Shown: positions 8,092-17,062 of the stretch, one piece after another
How positions within the stretch are numbered: position 1 is the stretch's first letter
Layout of the letters: the number at the start of each line of letters is the position of its first letter
Source of the DNA: Candidatus Levyibacteriota bacterium
Lineage (GTDB): Bacteria; Patescibacteriota; Microgenomatia; Levybacterales; UBA12049
Assembly (NCBI GenBank): GCA_030651475.1
Contig: JAUSEW010000027.1
Coordinates: 109,614 to 173,613, forward strand
Length of the DNA stretch: 64,000 nt
Direction: 5' to 3'
The notes under the pieces: generated by a model
What the model was told of the DNA's origin: nothing
Databases searched by the model: none
What the model saw: the letters and a program-made list of their open reading frames with translations, nothing else
Made by a program: the position numbers and the translations under genes

Positions 8092-8562
8092 GTGAAGAAT
8101 AAGAAGCTTATTGTTGTTCTGGGAGTTTCAATAGTGTTGGTTTTGGCTGGGGGAGGATATTTCCTGCTTTCAGGCAAGAATACAGCTCCTGCGCCAACTA
8201 CGAGTGCTACGTCACAGGTTCAGGACGTTTCGGAACAAGCTATTCCTACTCTTACTCCTTCGGATCTTGGTCTTTCTCTTACGGCCAACAGCAATACTAC
8301 CAAAGTCACAATGGTCCTAACCAAGACAAGCGATGTATCCACGATTGACTACGAACTTTCTTATACTGCAAAAGGAGACATTCCAAGGGGAATTATAGGC
8401 CAGGTTATTGTTAAGCCAGGTAAGTCTGTCAGTCAGGAAATTACACTTGGAACTTGCTCTGACGTTTGTCATTACGATCAAGATGTTACAGGAATTAATC
8501 TTGTTTTGAAGATTACGAAAACTAACGGTAAAACATATCAAGTAGAAAAAAGCCTCGACTAA
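8092..8562 (+). CDS. Hypothetical secreted/membrane-anchored protein (GTG start, N-terminal hydrophobic helix, Ser/Thr-rich linker)
   Basis: KLIVVLGVSIVLVLAGGGYFLL is a hydrophobic anchor or signal. A low-complexity linker and a beta-rich domain follow. Confidence 0.45.
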   Translation: MKNKKLIVVLGVSIVLVLAGGGYFLLSGKNTAPAPTTSATSQVQDVSEQAIPTLTPSDLGLSLTANSNTTKVTMVLTKTSDVSTIDYELSYTAKGDIPRGIIGQVIVKPGKSVSQEITLGTCSDVCHYDQDVTGINLVLKITKTNGKTYQVEKSLD

Positions 8563-8649
8563 CTTCATTTTATCTTTTTACCCCAGGCAAGTTTATATGG
8601 GTAGAGCCTCAACCATTAGTCGACACTAACGCGAGCCTATTTTGCTCTC

Positions 8650-8716
8650 TTGACAAGTGGGAAAAAGGAGTTCAAAATGGATTAAAGTGGGAAAAAGTGG
8701 GACAAAGTGGGACACA
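8650..8716 (+). promoter_or_regulatory. mraZ promoter/operator: TTGACA -35-like hexamer plus four GTGGG direct repeats on a 10-bp period (MraZ-box array)
   Basis: TTGACA at 8650-8655. GTGGG at 8657, 8687, 8697 and 8707, the last three in perfect 10-bp register (GTGGGAAAAA GTGGGACAAA GTGGGACACA), immediately 5' of the mraZ ATG at 8736. Confidence 0.55.
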
Positions 8717-8735
8717 AGGAAGGCAGGCGGAAAAT

Positions 8736-9182
8736 ATGCTCATAGGACAATATGAAGGAAAACTTGGAGAAAAAAATAGACTCGCATTTCCAAAAAGGCT
8801 TAGGGAGCTTTTGGGGAATAAATTAATTATTACATTAGGTTATGAAAACTCGCTTATTATCGTCTCGGAAGAAGGCTGGCAGGCATTGCTTGAAGGAACA
8901 GAGGGTAAGCCTTTTATTCAAAGGAGCGCAAGAGAGACTCAGCGATTCTTGCTCGGAGGAGCCAGTTTCGTTGAACTTGACGGTAAAGGAAGGTTTATTA
9001 TACCTAACTATCTTAGAGAATTTGCAAAAATTGAAAGCGAGGTCGTATTCCTAGGTTTGTCCAGATACGTAGAGCTGTGGGGAAAAGAAAATTGGGGCGT
9101 ATACAAAAAGAACCTTGAAAAAAACATAGATAAAATTTCGGCAAAGCTTATTGAAAATAGCAAAAAAGGTGAAAATGGATAG
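8736..9182 (+). CDS. mraZ: Transcriptional regulator MraZ
   Basis: MLIGQYEGKLGEKNRLAFPKRLRELLG and a duplicated MraZ-type fold. It is the first gene of the dcw cluster. Confidence 0.9.
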   Translation: MLIGQYEGKLGEKNRLAFPKRLRELLGNKLIITLGYENSLIIVSEEGWQALLEGTEGKPFIQRSARETQRFLLGGASFVELDGKGRFIIPNYLREFAKIESEVVFLGLSRYVELWGKENWGVYKKNLEKNIDKISAKLIENSKKGENG

Positions 9183-10074
9183 CTTTCATACGAGCGTACT
9201 TTTAAAAGAAATTATAAGCGGTTTAAATGTTCAAAAAAACAAGAACTATATTGACGCAACAATTGGAGGGGGAGGACATAGCTTTGAGATTTTGAGATTG
9301 GGTGGAATTGTTTTGGGAATTGACTGTGATAAAGACGCGATAGATTATGTAGGGGAAAATTGGAAATTAGAAAGCAAAAGATGCGGGATCCCGGAGAAAA
9401 ATTTGATTTTGGTAAAAGGAAACTTTAGGGATTTGGATAAAATTGCACATTTAAATAATTTTGACAAAATTTCGGGAATAATTTTTGACTTGGGGGTAAG
9501 CAGCCACCAGTTGGGAGCTGCACAAAGAGGTTTTAGTTTTCAAAAAGAGGGCCCATTGGATATGCGGATGGACCAAGATCTAAATCTTACAGCTAAAGAT
9601 TTTATTTACGCATTAACGAAAGGAGAATTATATGAATTATTTACTAAGCTGGGTGAAGAAAGCAATGCTAGGGAGTTTTCTAACCTTATTGTTATGGCCC
9701 GTGGAGTAAAACCGATTGAAACGACAAGAGATTTGGCGATGATCTTTGAAAAAATTCCCTCAAGAAGAGTTTGGGGAATTAACAGAGCAACGAAAATATT
9801 TCAGGCGTTGCGTATAGCTGTAAACGATGAGCTAAACGCTATCAGAGAAGCATTGCCCAAAGCAGTAAATATGCTTGAGGACGAGGGAAGAATTTTGGTA
9901 ATTTCGTTTCATTCGCTGGAAGATAGAATTGTAAAAAGAGCTTTTCTAGAATTTGAAGAAAAAAATATGGGAAAAATAATTACAAAAAAACCTATAACTC
10001 CGACAAAAGAAGAATTAGGAATAAATAGAAGAAGCCGGAGTGCCAAACTTAGAATTTTCGAAAGGAATATATGA
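9175..10074 (+). CDS. rsmH: 16S rRNA (cytosine1402-N4)-methyltransferase RsmH (MraW)
   Basis: MDSFHTSVLLKEI...YIDATIGGGGHS and DLGVSSHQL are RsmH motifs. Confidence 0.9.
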   Translation: MDSFHTSVLLKEIISGLNVQKNKNYIDATIGGGGHSFEILRLGGIVLGIDCDKDAIDYVGENWKLESKRCGIPEKNLILVKGNFRDLDKIAHLNNFDKISGIIFDLGVSSHQLGAAQRGFSFQKEGPLDMRMDQDLNLTAKDFIYALTKGELYELFTKLGEESNAREFSNLIVMARGVKPIETTRDLAMIFEKIPSRRVWGINRATKIFQALRIAVNDELNAIREALPKAVNMLEDEGRILVISFHSLEDRIVKRAFLEFEEKNMGKIITKKPITPTKEELGINRRSRSAKLRIFERNI

Positions 10075-10355
10075 AAAGATTTAAATTACTTATAACATTT
10101 TTGGTTTTGGTAATAGTTTTCTTATCAATCGTTCAGGTTGTTGTATCCAACAGGCTGTCAACGACAGGTCCGCTTTTTAGCAAGATAGAAGAGGAAACGA
10201 ATTTCTATAAAAGAGAGAATTTACTTCTTTCGGAACGGCTTTTAACGTCGTCATCTCTTAATAATATAGCGTTAAAAGCAGAAGCTTTAGGCTTCATAGA
10301 AGGAAAAACCAAGTTTATCGTTACAGCATCATTGCCATTGGCTCTTAGACAATAA
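10071..10355 (+). CDS. ftsL: FtsL-like cell division protein (small single-TM protein)
   Basis: 94 aa with an N-terminal TM helix. The assignment is positional, between rsmH and ftsI. Confidence 0.45.
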   Translation: MKRFKLLITFLVLVIVFLSIVQVVVSNRLSTTGPLFSKIEEETNFYKRENLLLSERLLTSSSLNNIALKAEALGFIEGKTKFIVTASLPLALRQ

Positions 10356-12034
10356 TGACTTGGCGATACCGTTTTATTTTTGCAATTTTTCTTTTCTTCT
10401 TCGGTTTAATAATTATCAGGTTGTTTTACTGGCAAGTTGTCAAAGCTCAAGAATTATCTGTTCTTGCGGAATATCAGTACAGCGGTATAGTGAAAATGCT
10501 GCCTAATCGTGGAGAAATACAGACATCCGATGACTTTCCAATAGCTGCCAATAAAGTTTCCTATCTTGTGTTTGTAAATCCTAAAGCAATAAAGGATAAA
10601 AGGAATATTACAAACGAGATATCTCCAATAATTAACGTAGATAAAGCTTCCATAAGTGCGTTTCTATCTTTTGATAAAGTTTGGGTTTCTTTGAAATCGG
10701 GCATTGACGATAAAACAAAAAAAAGTATTGAGGCATTGAATTTTACCGGAATTGGATTTGAGCAGCAATCTTCCCGTTTTTATCCGGAAGCATCTTTAGC
10801 AGCTCACCTTCTTGGATTTGTTGGAAAAAACGAAGCAGGAGGAGATAAAGGATATTTTGGACTTGAAGGATATTATGACAGACTTTTAAGAGGTAAGGAA
10901 GGATATGCGGTTCAGATACAAGATGCTTTAGGAAGGCCGATTTTGTCCAGAATGTCAGGAAATTTAGTTAAGGTTGACGGAAGCAGCATCAAGCTTAGCA
11001 TAGATAGGTCAATACAGTTTCTGGCAGAGCAAAAATTAAAAGAAGGCATAGAGATGTATGGAGCAAGCGGGGGAATGGTAGGGATTATGGATCCAAAAAC
11101 AGGAGGAATGCTTGCCATGGCTTCTTTCCCATCGTTTACACCTCAAGATTATCAAAAGTATTCGGAGGATTTGTACAAAAACCCTTTTATTACAAATACC
11201 TATGAACCGGGATCTACTTTTAAGCCTATGGTTATGTCGGCAGCTTTAGAAGAGGGACTGGTTAAACCGGATACGAAGTGTCCAGCCTGCAATGGGCCGG
11301 TTTCGGTCGGAGGATATGATCTGCACACATGGAATGATAAGTATTATAAGGACACTAATATGATTGACGTAATAAAACACTCCGACAATACGGGAATGGT
11401 TTTCGTGGCGCAGAAACTTGGAGTAGATAAGATGATTGATTATCTTACGAAGTTTGGTATAGGAAGTCTGACAAATATTGACCTTCAGGGTGAGGTATCG
11501 CCGAGTCTTAAAGCAAGAAACGCTTGGTATGCGGTTGATCTTGCTACAACAGGGTTTGGGCAGGGTATATCGGTGACGCCTATAGGGCTTTTGGATGCTT
11601 TTTCAGCAATTGCCAACGGAGGTAAACGTGTGGAGCCTCACGTGGTATCTCAAGTTCAATCTCCTGATGGAAAAATATCTAAAATACTTCCAAAAACCGT
11701 AGATACCCCTATTTCGGGAAAAACTGCCAAAATTATGACGGAAATGTTAGTTAATGCAGTTAATAATGGGGAGGCTTCGTGGGCGCGTCTTAAGGGGTAT
11801 AGAATCGCCGGAAAAACAGGTACGGCTTCAATTCCTGTCAAAGGCCACTACGATCCTACGAAAACTATAACTTCATTTATTGGTTTCGCGCCGGCAAATG
11901 ATCCTAAATTTGTCATGTTGGTTATTTTGGATAAGCCGACAACATCCATTTACGGAGCGGAAACAGCAGCTCCGGTATTTTTCGATATCGCAAAAGACCT
12001 CTTACTCTATTACGGCGTTCCCCCCAGCGAATAG
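10355..12034 (+). CDS. ftsI: Peptidoglycan D,D-transpeptidase FtsI (class B penicillin-binding protein)
   Basis: N-terminal TM helix. SxxK is present as GSTFKP, SxN as HSDNTG and KTG as AGKTGTA. Confidence 0.85.
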   Translation: MTWRYRFIFAIFLFFFGLIIIRLFYWQVVKAQELSVLAEYQYSGIVKMLPNRGEIQTSDDFPIAANKVSYLVFVNPKAIKDKRNITNEISPIINVDKASISAFLSFDKVWVSLKSGIDDKTKKSIEALNFTGIGFEQQSSRFYPEASLAAHLLGFVGKNEAGGDKGYFGLEGYYDRLLRGKEGYAVQIQDALGRPILSRMSGNLVKVDGSSIKLSIDRSIQFLAEQKLKEGIEMYGASGGMVGIMDPKTGGMLAMASFPSFTPQDYQKYSEDLYKNPFITNTYEPGSTFKPMVMSAALEEGLVKPDTKCPACNGPVSVGGYDLHTWNDKYYKDTNMIDVIKHSDNTGMVFVAQKLGVDKMIDYLTKFGIGSLTNIDLQGEVSPSLKARNAWYAVDLATTGFGQGISVTPIGLLDAFSAIANGGKRVEPHVVSQVQSPDGKISKILPKTVDTPISGKTAKIMTEMLVNAVNNGEASWARLKGYRIAGKTGTASIPVKGHYDPTKTITSFIGFAPANDPKFVMLVILDKPTTSIYGAETAAPVFFDIAKDLLLYYGVPPSE

Positions 12035-12058
12035 TTTATGGTACAATAAGTTTATAAA

Positions 12059-12490
12059 ATGGCAGAAGCTCAAAGTCCTGATGGCCAAGCAAGTAGAGAA
12101 CCAGTAGAGAAATCTCTAGCGCATGTTTCGGATGCAGATATTATTGGAGAATTATCAAGAAGACTTCATGCCAATCCTCAATTAGATCCTACTGTCTTAA
12201 AAAGTTTCGATGAAGTTACGGCAAAAATAAAGGAAGGATTAAAACCAGGAGAGCCTAAAGCAGATTTAAAACCCACTACGGAGCCAGGCAACGTAGAGGC
12301 TCAAGCTACATCCGAGTCGGAAGGAAAAAAATGGGCAAAAATTATACGAGAAAAAGGCGCAGGTGGCCTGTTGCAGGGAAAGTTCAAAAACAGCTGGGGT
12401 TATTATGATGAAAGTGGTATTTTTCATGGCATTGAGCCAATCGGGCAGAGCAGTTCGGAAACAGCAATAGGCTACACAAGCGCCGGGTAG
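12059..12490 (+). CDS. Hypothetical low-complexity protein inserted in the dcw cluster
   Basis: ORF only. Acidic and Pro/Lys-rich, no TM helix. Confidence 0.35.
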   Translation: MAEAQSPDGQASREPVEKSLAHVSDADIIGELSRRLHANPQLDPTVLKSFDEVTAKIKEGLKPGEPKADLKPTTEPGNVEAQATSESEGKKWAKIIREKGAGGLLQGKFKNSWGYYDESGIFHGIEPIGQSSSETAIGYTSAG

Positions 12491-12628
12491 TTTGGGAAGC
12501 CTGAAATTCCCATAGGAAGCGAGTCGATAATAACATATTCAAGAGCTACTTTCTATAACGATACTGCAGGATCCCCACCTCAAGATACCTCTTCAAATTT
12601 TTTGGTCGTTGGGGATACAGGAAACAGT

Positions 12629-13063
12629 ATGGAAAACAGGAATCGTTTTAAGGGTTGGAAAACGTTTAGATATTTAACTTGGTACGACATTAGTCAAGCT
12701 GGAGGTCAAAATCCTCCCGATTTTAAATTTTTAGATTTTAATTTTACATTACCTCCAGAGGAATCTTCTCAATTTAGTGAGGCTATAAATAGGAGTCCTG
12801 ACTTAGTTGAAGATGCATTTCAGAATGTTTACCCTGGCCTTTTCGGAGAAAAAGGAATTAAGCGTCTTATCGTTAAGAAATTGACTATCACTGATAATAT
12901 AATTACCAAAAAAATTGAAGACCGCGAACGAAATGAGTTTTACAGAAAACAGGATCCGAAAGAAAATAGGCCAAAAGCCTACAATACAGTTCTAGAATCA
13001 GCTAGGACTCGGGAGGTAGATTTTTCGAAACCTGTTGGCGAGATTGTTCCGCAAACCCCATAG
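12629..13063 (+). CDS. Hypothetical protein (start taken at the ATG at 12629; the ORF track begins at TTG 12602)
   Basis: ORF only. Confidence 0.35.
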   Translation: MENRNRFKGWKTFRYLTWYDISQAGGQNPPDFKFLDFNFTLPPEESSQFSEAINRSPDLVEDAFQNVYPGLFGEKGIKRLIVKKLTITDNIITKKIEDRERNEFYRKQDPKENRPKAYNTVLESARTREVDFSKPVGEIVPQTP

Positions 13064-13113
13064 CGCATGCTTAAGGATTGGAGAAGAAGAGGAAGAAGCT
13101 GTATAATAGGTGA

Positions 13114-14301
13114 ATGTGGCAAGATTTAAAAAATATTTATCATCTCCTCGTAGCTTTTTTGGCTAATATTTATTATGGTTTCCCTTCCAGAAAATTCATT
13201 GTAATTGGAGTAACCGGAACAGACGGGAAAACCACTACAACAAGTCTAATTTATCATATACTTCGTACTGCCGGAAAAAAAGCTTTGATGATAAGTTCCG
13301 TAGGCGCAATTATTGACGGTAAAGAATATGATGTTGGTTTTCATGTCACAACTCCATCTTCTTTTGCCTTGCAGAAATTTTTAAAACAAGCTGCGGACGC
13401 AGGACTAAAGTATTTGGTTCTTGAAACAACTTCGCATGCTTTGGACCAATACAGGGTTTTTGGAATACATTTCAATGTTGGCGTTTTAACCAACATTACC
13501 CATGAACATTTGGATTACCATAAAACGTATGACGAATACGTTAAAACAAAGGCAAAACTTTTAAATATGAGTAAAGTTGCAATTGTAAATAGAGACGATA
13601 AGTCATTCGTTTTGCTAAGTTCAAAGTTCAAAGTTAAAAGTTCAAAGTTAAAAACGTATGGAATGGGTAAGAATGCAGATGTAAATCCGTATAATTTCCC
13701 TTTTTCAACAACTCTTTTTGGAGAGTTTAATAAATATAATATTTTGGCTGCGGTTTCCGTATGTAAAGCTTTAGATATTGAAAACAGCAAGATTAGAAAT
13801 GGTATAAAAAGTTTTAAACCCCCTAAGGGCAGGGAAGATATAGTTTATAAAAATAGCTTTTCGGTGATGATAGATTTTGCCCATACGCCTAATGCCTTTG
13901 AAGTGGTTTTGAAGGATTTGCGTGCCAATATCAAAGGCAGAATTATTCATGTTTTTGGTTCTGCAGGATCAAGAGATGCAACAAAACGTCCTTTAATGGG
14001 AAAAATATCTTCAAAATATGCGGATATACTTATTTTAACAGCAGAAGATCCAAGGAGAGAGCCAGTTGAAAAAATTATAAATGAGATTGCGTCAGGAATT
14101 ACAGACGCAAAGGAGGTTCTAAGAATTTATGATAGAAAAAAAGCAATTTTTGAAGCCATTAAAATGGCGAAAAAGGGAGATTTTGTTTTAGTAACAGGTA
14201 AAAGCCATGAAAAATCCATGAATTACGGACATAGTGAACAGCCGTGGGACGAATACGAAACAGTAAAGAGCGCTTTGGAAAATATTAAACATGAAAATTA
14301 A
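13114..14301 (+). CDS. murE: Mur ligase family protein, most likely MurE (UDP-MurNAc-L-Ala-D-Glu--diamino acid ligase); short form
   Basis: P-loop IGVTGTDGKTTTT. DFAHTPNAFE resembles the MurE DxAHTP motif. It sits ahead of murC in the cluster. Confidence 0.6.
   Translation: MWQDLKNIYHLLVAFLANIYYGFPSRKFIVIGVTGTDGKTTTTSLIYHILRTAGKKALMISSVGAIIDGKEYDVGFHVTTPSSFALQKFLKQAADAGLKYLVLETTSHALDQYRVFGIHFNVGVLTNITHEHLDYHKTYDEYVKTKAKLLNMSKVAIVNRDDKSFVLLSSKFKVKSSKLKTYGMGKNADVNPYNFPFSTTLFGEFNKYNILAAVSVCKALDIENSKIRNGIKSFKPPKGREDIVYKNSFSVMIDFAHTPNAFEVVLKDLRANIKGRIIHVFGSAGSRDATKRPLMGKISSKYADILILTAEDPRREPVEKIINEIASGITDAKEVLRIYDRKKAIFEAIKMAKKGDFVLVTGKSHEKSMNYGHSEQPWDEYETVKSALENIKHEN
13617..13651 (+). repeat. Five tandem copies of the heptamer AAGTT(C/A)A inside the murE-like coding sequence
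   Basis: AAGTTCA AAGTTCA AAGTTAA AAGTTCA AAGTTAA, in frame, encoding SSKFKVKSSKLK. Confidence 0.8.
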
Positions 14302-15709
14302 TTCAATTCATTTCGTCGGAATAAAAGGTGTCGGAATGACGCCTTTGGCAGTTATTGCAAAAGAGGCGGGTATGAAAGTTTCCGGTTCGGATATCGGAGA
14401 AACTTTTATTACGGATGAAATTTTAAAAAAGGCAAAAATTATTCCCCTTGTTGGTTTTTCTAAAAATCATATAGGAAATCCCGATCTCGTCATAACAACA
14501 GGCGCACATGGAGGATTCACTAACGTAGAGGTAATTGAAGCAAAGAAAAAAGAGATAAAAGTTATTACGCAGGGTGAAGCTGTAGGAATTTTCATGAAAG
14601 GTAAAATTTTCGGAAGAGAACAAATTGGCATTTCCGTGACAGGAACTCATGGTAAAACTACGACAACAGCTATAATTGCGACAATCCTTAAAGGATGCTA
14701 TCTTGATCCGTCATTCTTAATTGGTACCGGAAACGTCTTGTCGCTTGGTTCTTCCGGGCATTTCGGGCAAGGGAAATATTTCATTGCGGAAGCGGATGAG
14801 TATATGACAGAACCTGTTTTTGATAAAACCATAAAATTTTTATGGCAGTATCCCAAAATCGCAATTTTTACAAACATAGAATTTGATCATCCTGACGCAT
14901 ATAAATCTCTAGATGATGTAAAAAAGGCATTTCTTAAATTCGCCAATCAGTTATCAGAAGATGCAGTTTTAATTGCATGCCAAGATAACGAAAATGTTGC
15001 GGAAGTTTTGAAATCATATAGCGGCAGAAGAATTACTTATGGATTTTCCAAAGAAACTGATTTCGTAATTGAAAATGTTAAATCGAAAAATGGGAAATTA
15101 GAATTTGATTTAACAGGTAAAGGAAAAAGCTTAGGTAAATTTAAGCTTAATGTTTTTGGCAAGCATAACGCTCTAAATGCAACTGCTGCAATTATAGCAA
15201 GTCTCGAAGCAGGACTTCCAATAGGCGCAATAAAAAAAGCACTTTTGTTATTCGTTGGTACGAAAAGAAGATCGGAATATATTGGGAAACTTTCAACCGG
15301 AGCTATGGTTTTTGATGATTATGCCCATCACCCTACGGAAATTAGAAATACCTTATCCGCTTTCAGAAACTCGTTTCCACGCAATAAGATAGTTTGTATT
15401 TTCCAGCCGCATACTTATTCTAGAACAAAATCACTGTTCGAACAATTTATACACTCTTTTAACGATGCAGATATTGTCGTGTTAACCAATATCTATGCAT
15501 CGCTTAGAGAACAGCCTGATTCGACTGTTTCATCAGAGATGCTAGCAGAAAAGATGAGTAGATTTAAAAAAAATGTAATTTTTTTACCAAAACTTAGCGA
15601 TGTGGTAAAATATATATCTCAAAAGCAGTTTGGCAGAGATACTATAATTATCACAATGGGAGCGGGAGACGTGTATAGAATGAACGAAAGATTAAATATT
15701 AAAGATTGA
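14291..15709 (+). CDS. murC: UDP-N-acetylmuramate--L-alanine ligase MurC
   Basis: The N-terminus HFVGIKGVGMTPLAVIAKEAGMKVSGSD is MurC-type. P-loop VTGTHGKTTTT. Confidence 0.8.
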   Translation: MKINSIHFVGIKGVGMTPLAVIAKEAGMKVSGSDIGETFITDEILKKAKIIPLVGFSKNHIGNPDLVITTGAHGGFTNVEVIEAKKKEIKVITQGEAVGIFMKGKIFGREQIGISVTGTHGKTTTTAIIATILKGCYLDPSFLIGTGNVLSLGSSGHFGQGKYFIAEADEYMTEPVFDKTIKFLWQYPKIAIFTNIEFDHPDAYKSLDDVKKAFLKFANQLSEDAVLIACQDNENVAEVLKSYSGRRITYGFSKETDFVIENVKSKNGKLEFDLTGKGKSLGKFKLNVFGKHNALNATAAIIASLEAGLPIGAIKKALLLFVGTKRRSEYIGKLSTGAMVFDDYAHHPTEIRNTLSAFRNSFPRNKIVCIFQPHTYSRTKSLFEQFIHSFNDADIVVLTNIYASLREQPDSTVSSEMLAEKMSRFKKNVIFLPKLSDVVKYISQKQFGRDTIIITMGAGDVYRMNERLNIKD

Positions 15710-15717
15710 AGATTATT

Positions 15718-17058
15718 ATGGAAAAGCTAATTGTGAATGGAGGAAAAGCATTGAAGGGAAATGTTGTAGTGTCGGGAGCAAAAAACGTTGCCCTCAAGAC
15801 TCTTGTCGCAGCTTGTCTTACGGAGGAGGAGGTAGTGATAAGGAATATTCCGCTAGTCTCCGATTTCATGGTAATGCTTGATATCATAAGGGAACTTGGT
15901 GGAGAAGTTAAGATAAAAGATCATGAGGTAAGAATAAGGGTAAGAAAATTAAAAAAAAACAAAATCACTCTTGATGAAGCCGCGAAGATTAGGACTTCGG
16001 CTATGTTTATGGCACCTCTTCTTGCTAGAAACGGACAAGCTGTTATACCAAACCCTGGAGGATGCAGAATTGGAGCACGCCCAATCGACAGAACCATTAA
16101 AGGCATAGAGGCGCTTGGTGTAATAGCAAAATACAATACAAAAGACGGATATTTTTATCTAAAAATAGATAAAGATAAAGAAAAAAAATGGAAAAAAGTA
16201 ATTCATAAATTTGATAAGAGTACTCATACCGGTACGGAGACAATGATTCTGGCCTCGGTTCTTTTTAATGGAGAGGTAACTCTCCTTAACGCGGCAGAAG
16301 AGCCGGAGATAGATGAACTTATCAGCCTTTTGGTGCAAATGGGTGCAAAGATTGTAAGAAGCGGGAAAAGAGAAATAACCATAGATGGTGTTTCCAAACT
16401 TAATGGTACAACTTTCGTGGTGGGTCCTGACCGAAACGAAGTCGTAACATTCGCTATTGCGGGAATATTAACAAAAGGAGATGTTTTTATTGAAAATGCC
16501 CATAAGGTTGATTTGGGGATATTCATAGATAGAATGGAAGAAATAGGAGCAGGTGTGGAGATGAAAAAAAACGGTATAAGATTCTATTACAAAGGGTCTT
16601 TTAAAAATAGCGATATGGAAACATCTTTTTACCCGGGATTTATGACAGACTGGCAGGGTCCTTGGGCAGTTCTTATGACTCAAGCTGAAGGAAAATCTAC
16701 AATTCACGAAACAGTATATGAAAGCAGATTCGGTTATGTGAAGGAACTTAAAAAAATGGGCGCCCAAATATCTTTTTTTGATCCTGTCATTAAAAATCCT
16801 GAAGAAATTTATAATTTTAATCTTTCCGACAATAACCCCGATTATTTTCATGCAATAAAGATTATTGGCCCCACCAAGCTTCATAATGCTGTTGTTGAAA
16901 TATCGGATTTAAGAGCAGGCGCAACTCTTGTCTTGGCGGCTTTATTAGCAGATGGGGAAAGCGTTGTTTTCGGCGTAGAACATTTAGACAGAGGATACGA
17001 AAAGTTTGAAGAAAGACTTAGCGGTTTAGGAGCGAATATAAAAAGACTAAAGGAATAA
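15718..17058 (+). CDS. murA: UDP-N-acetylglucosamine 1-carboxyvinyltransferase MurA
   Basis: MEKLIVNGGKALKGNVVVSGAKNVALK is the MurA N-terminus. Full-length EPT fold with a small Lys-rich insertion. Confidence 0.9.
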   Translation: MEKLIVNGGKALKGNVVVSGAKNVALKTLVAACLTEEEVVIRNIPLVSDFMVMLDIIRELGGEVKIKDHEVRIRVRKLKKNKITLDEAAKIRTSAMFMAPLLARNGQAVIPNPGGCRIGARPIDRTIKGIEALGVIAKYNTKDGYFYLKIDKDKEKKWKKVIHKFDKSTHTGTETMILASVLFNGEVTLLNAAEEPEIDELISLLVQMGAKIVRSGKREITIDGVSKLNGTTFVVGPDRNEVVTFAIAGILTKGDVFIENAHKVDLGIFIDRMEEIGAGVEMKKNGIRFYYKGSFKNSDMETSFYPGFMTDWQGPWAVLMTQAEGKSTIHETVYESRFGYVKELKKMGAQISFFDPVIKNPEEIYNFNLSDNNPDYFHAIKIIGPTKLHNAVVEISDLRAGATLVLAALLADGESVVFGVEHLDRGYEKFEERLSGLGANIKRLKE

Positions 17059-17062
17059 ATAT

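Noticed and set aside
8842-9054. 70-aa plus-strand ORF nested inside mraZ in another frame
   Set aside because: It lies entirely within the well-supported mraZ coding sequence. It has no independent signal and is treated as a frame shadow.
13617-13651. Possible CRISPR-like or minisatellite array
   Set aside because: There are only five 7-bp units, in frame inside a Mur ligase gene. There are no spacers and no cas genes anywhere in the window.
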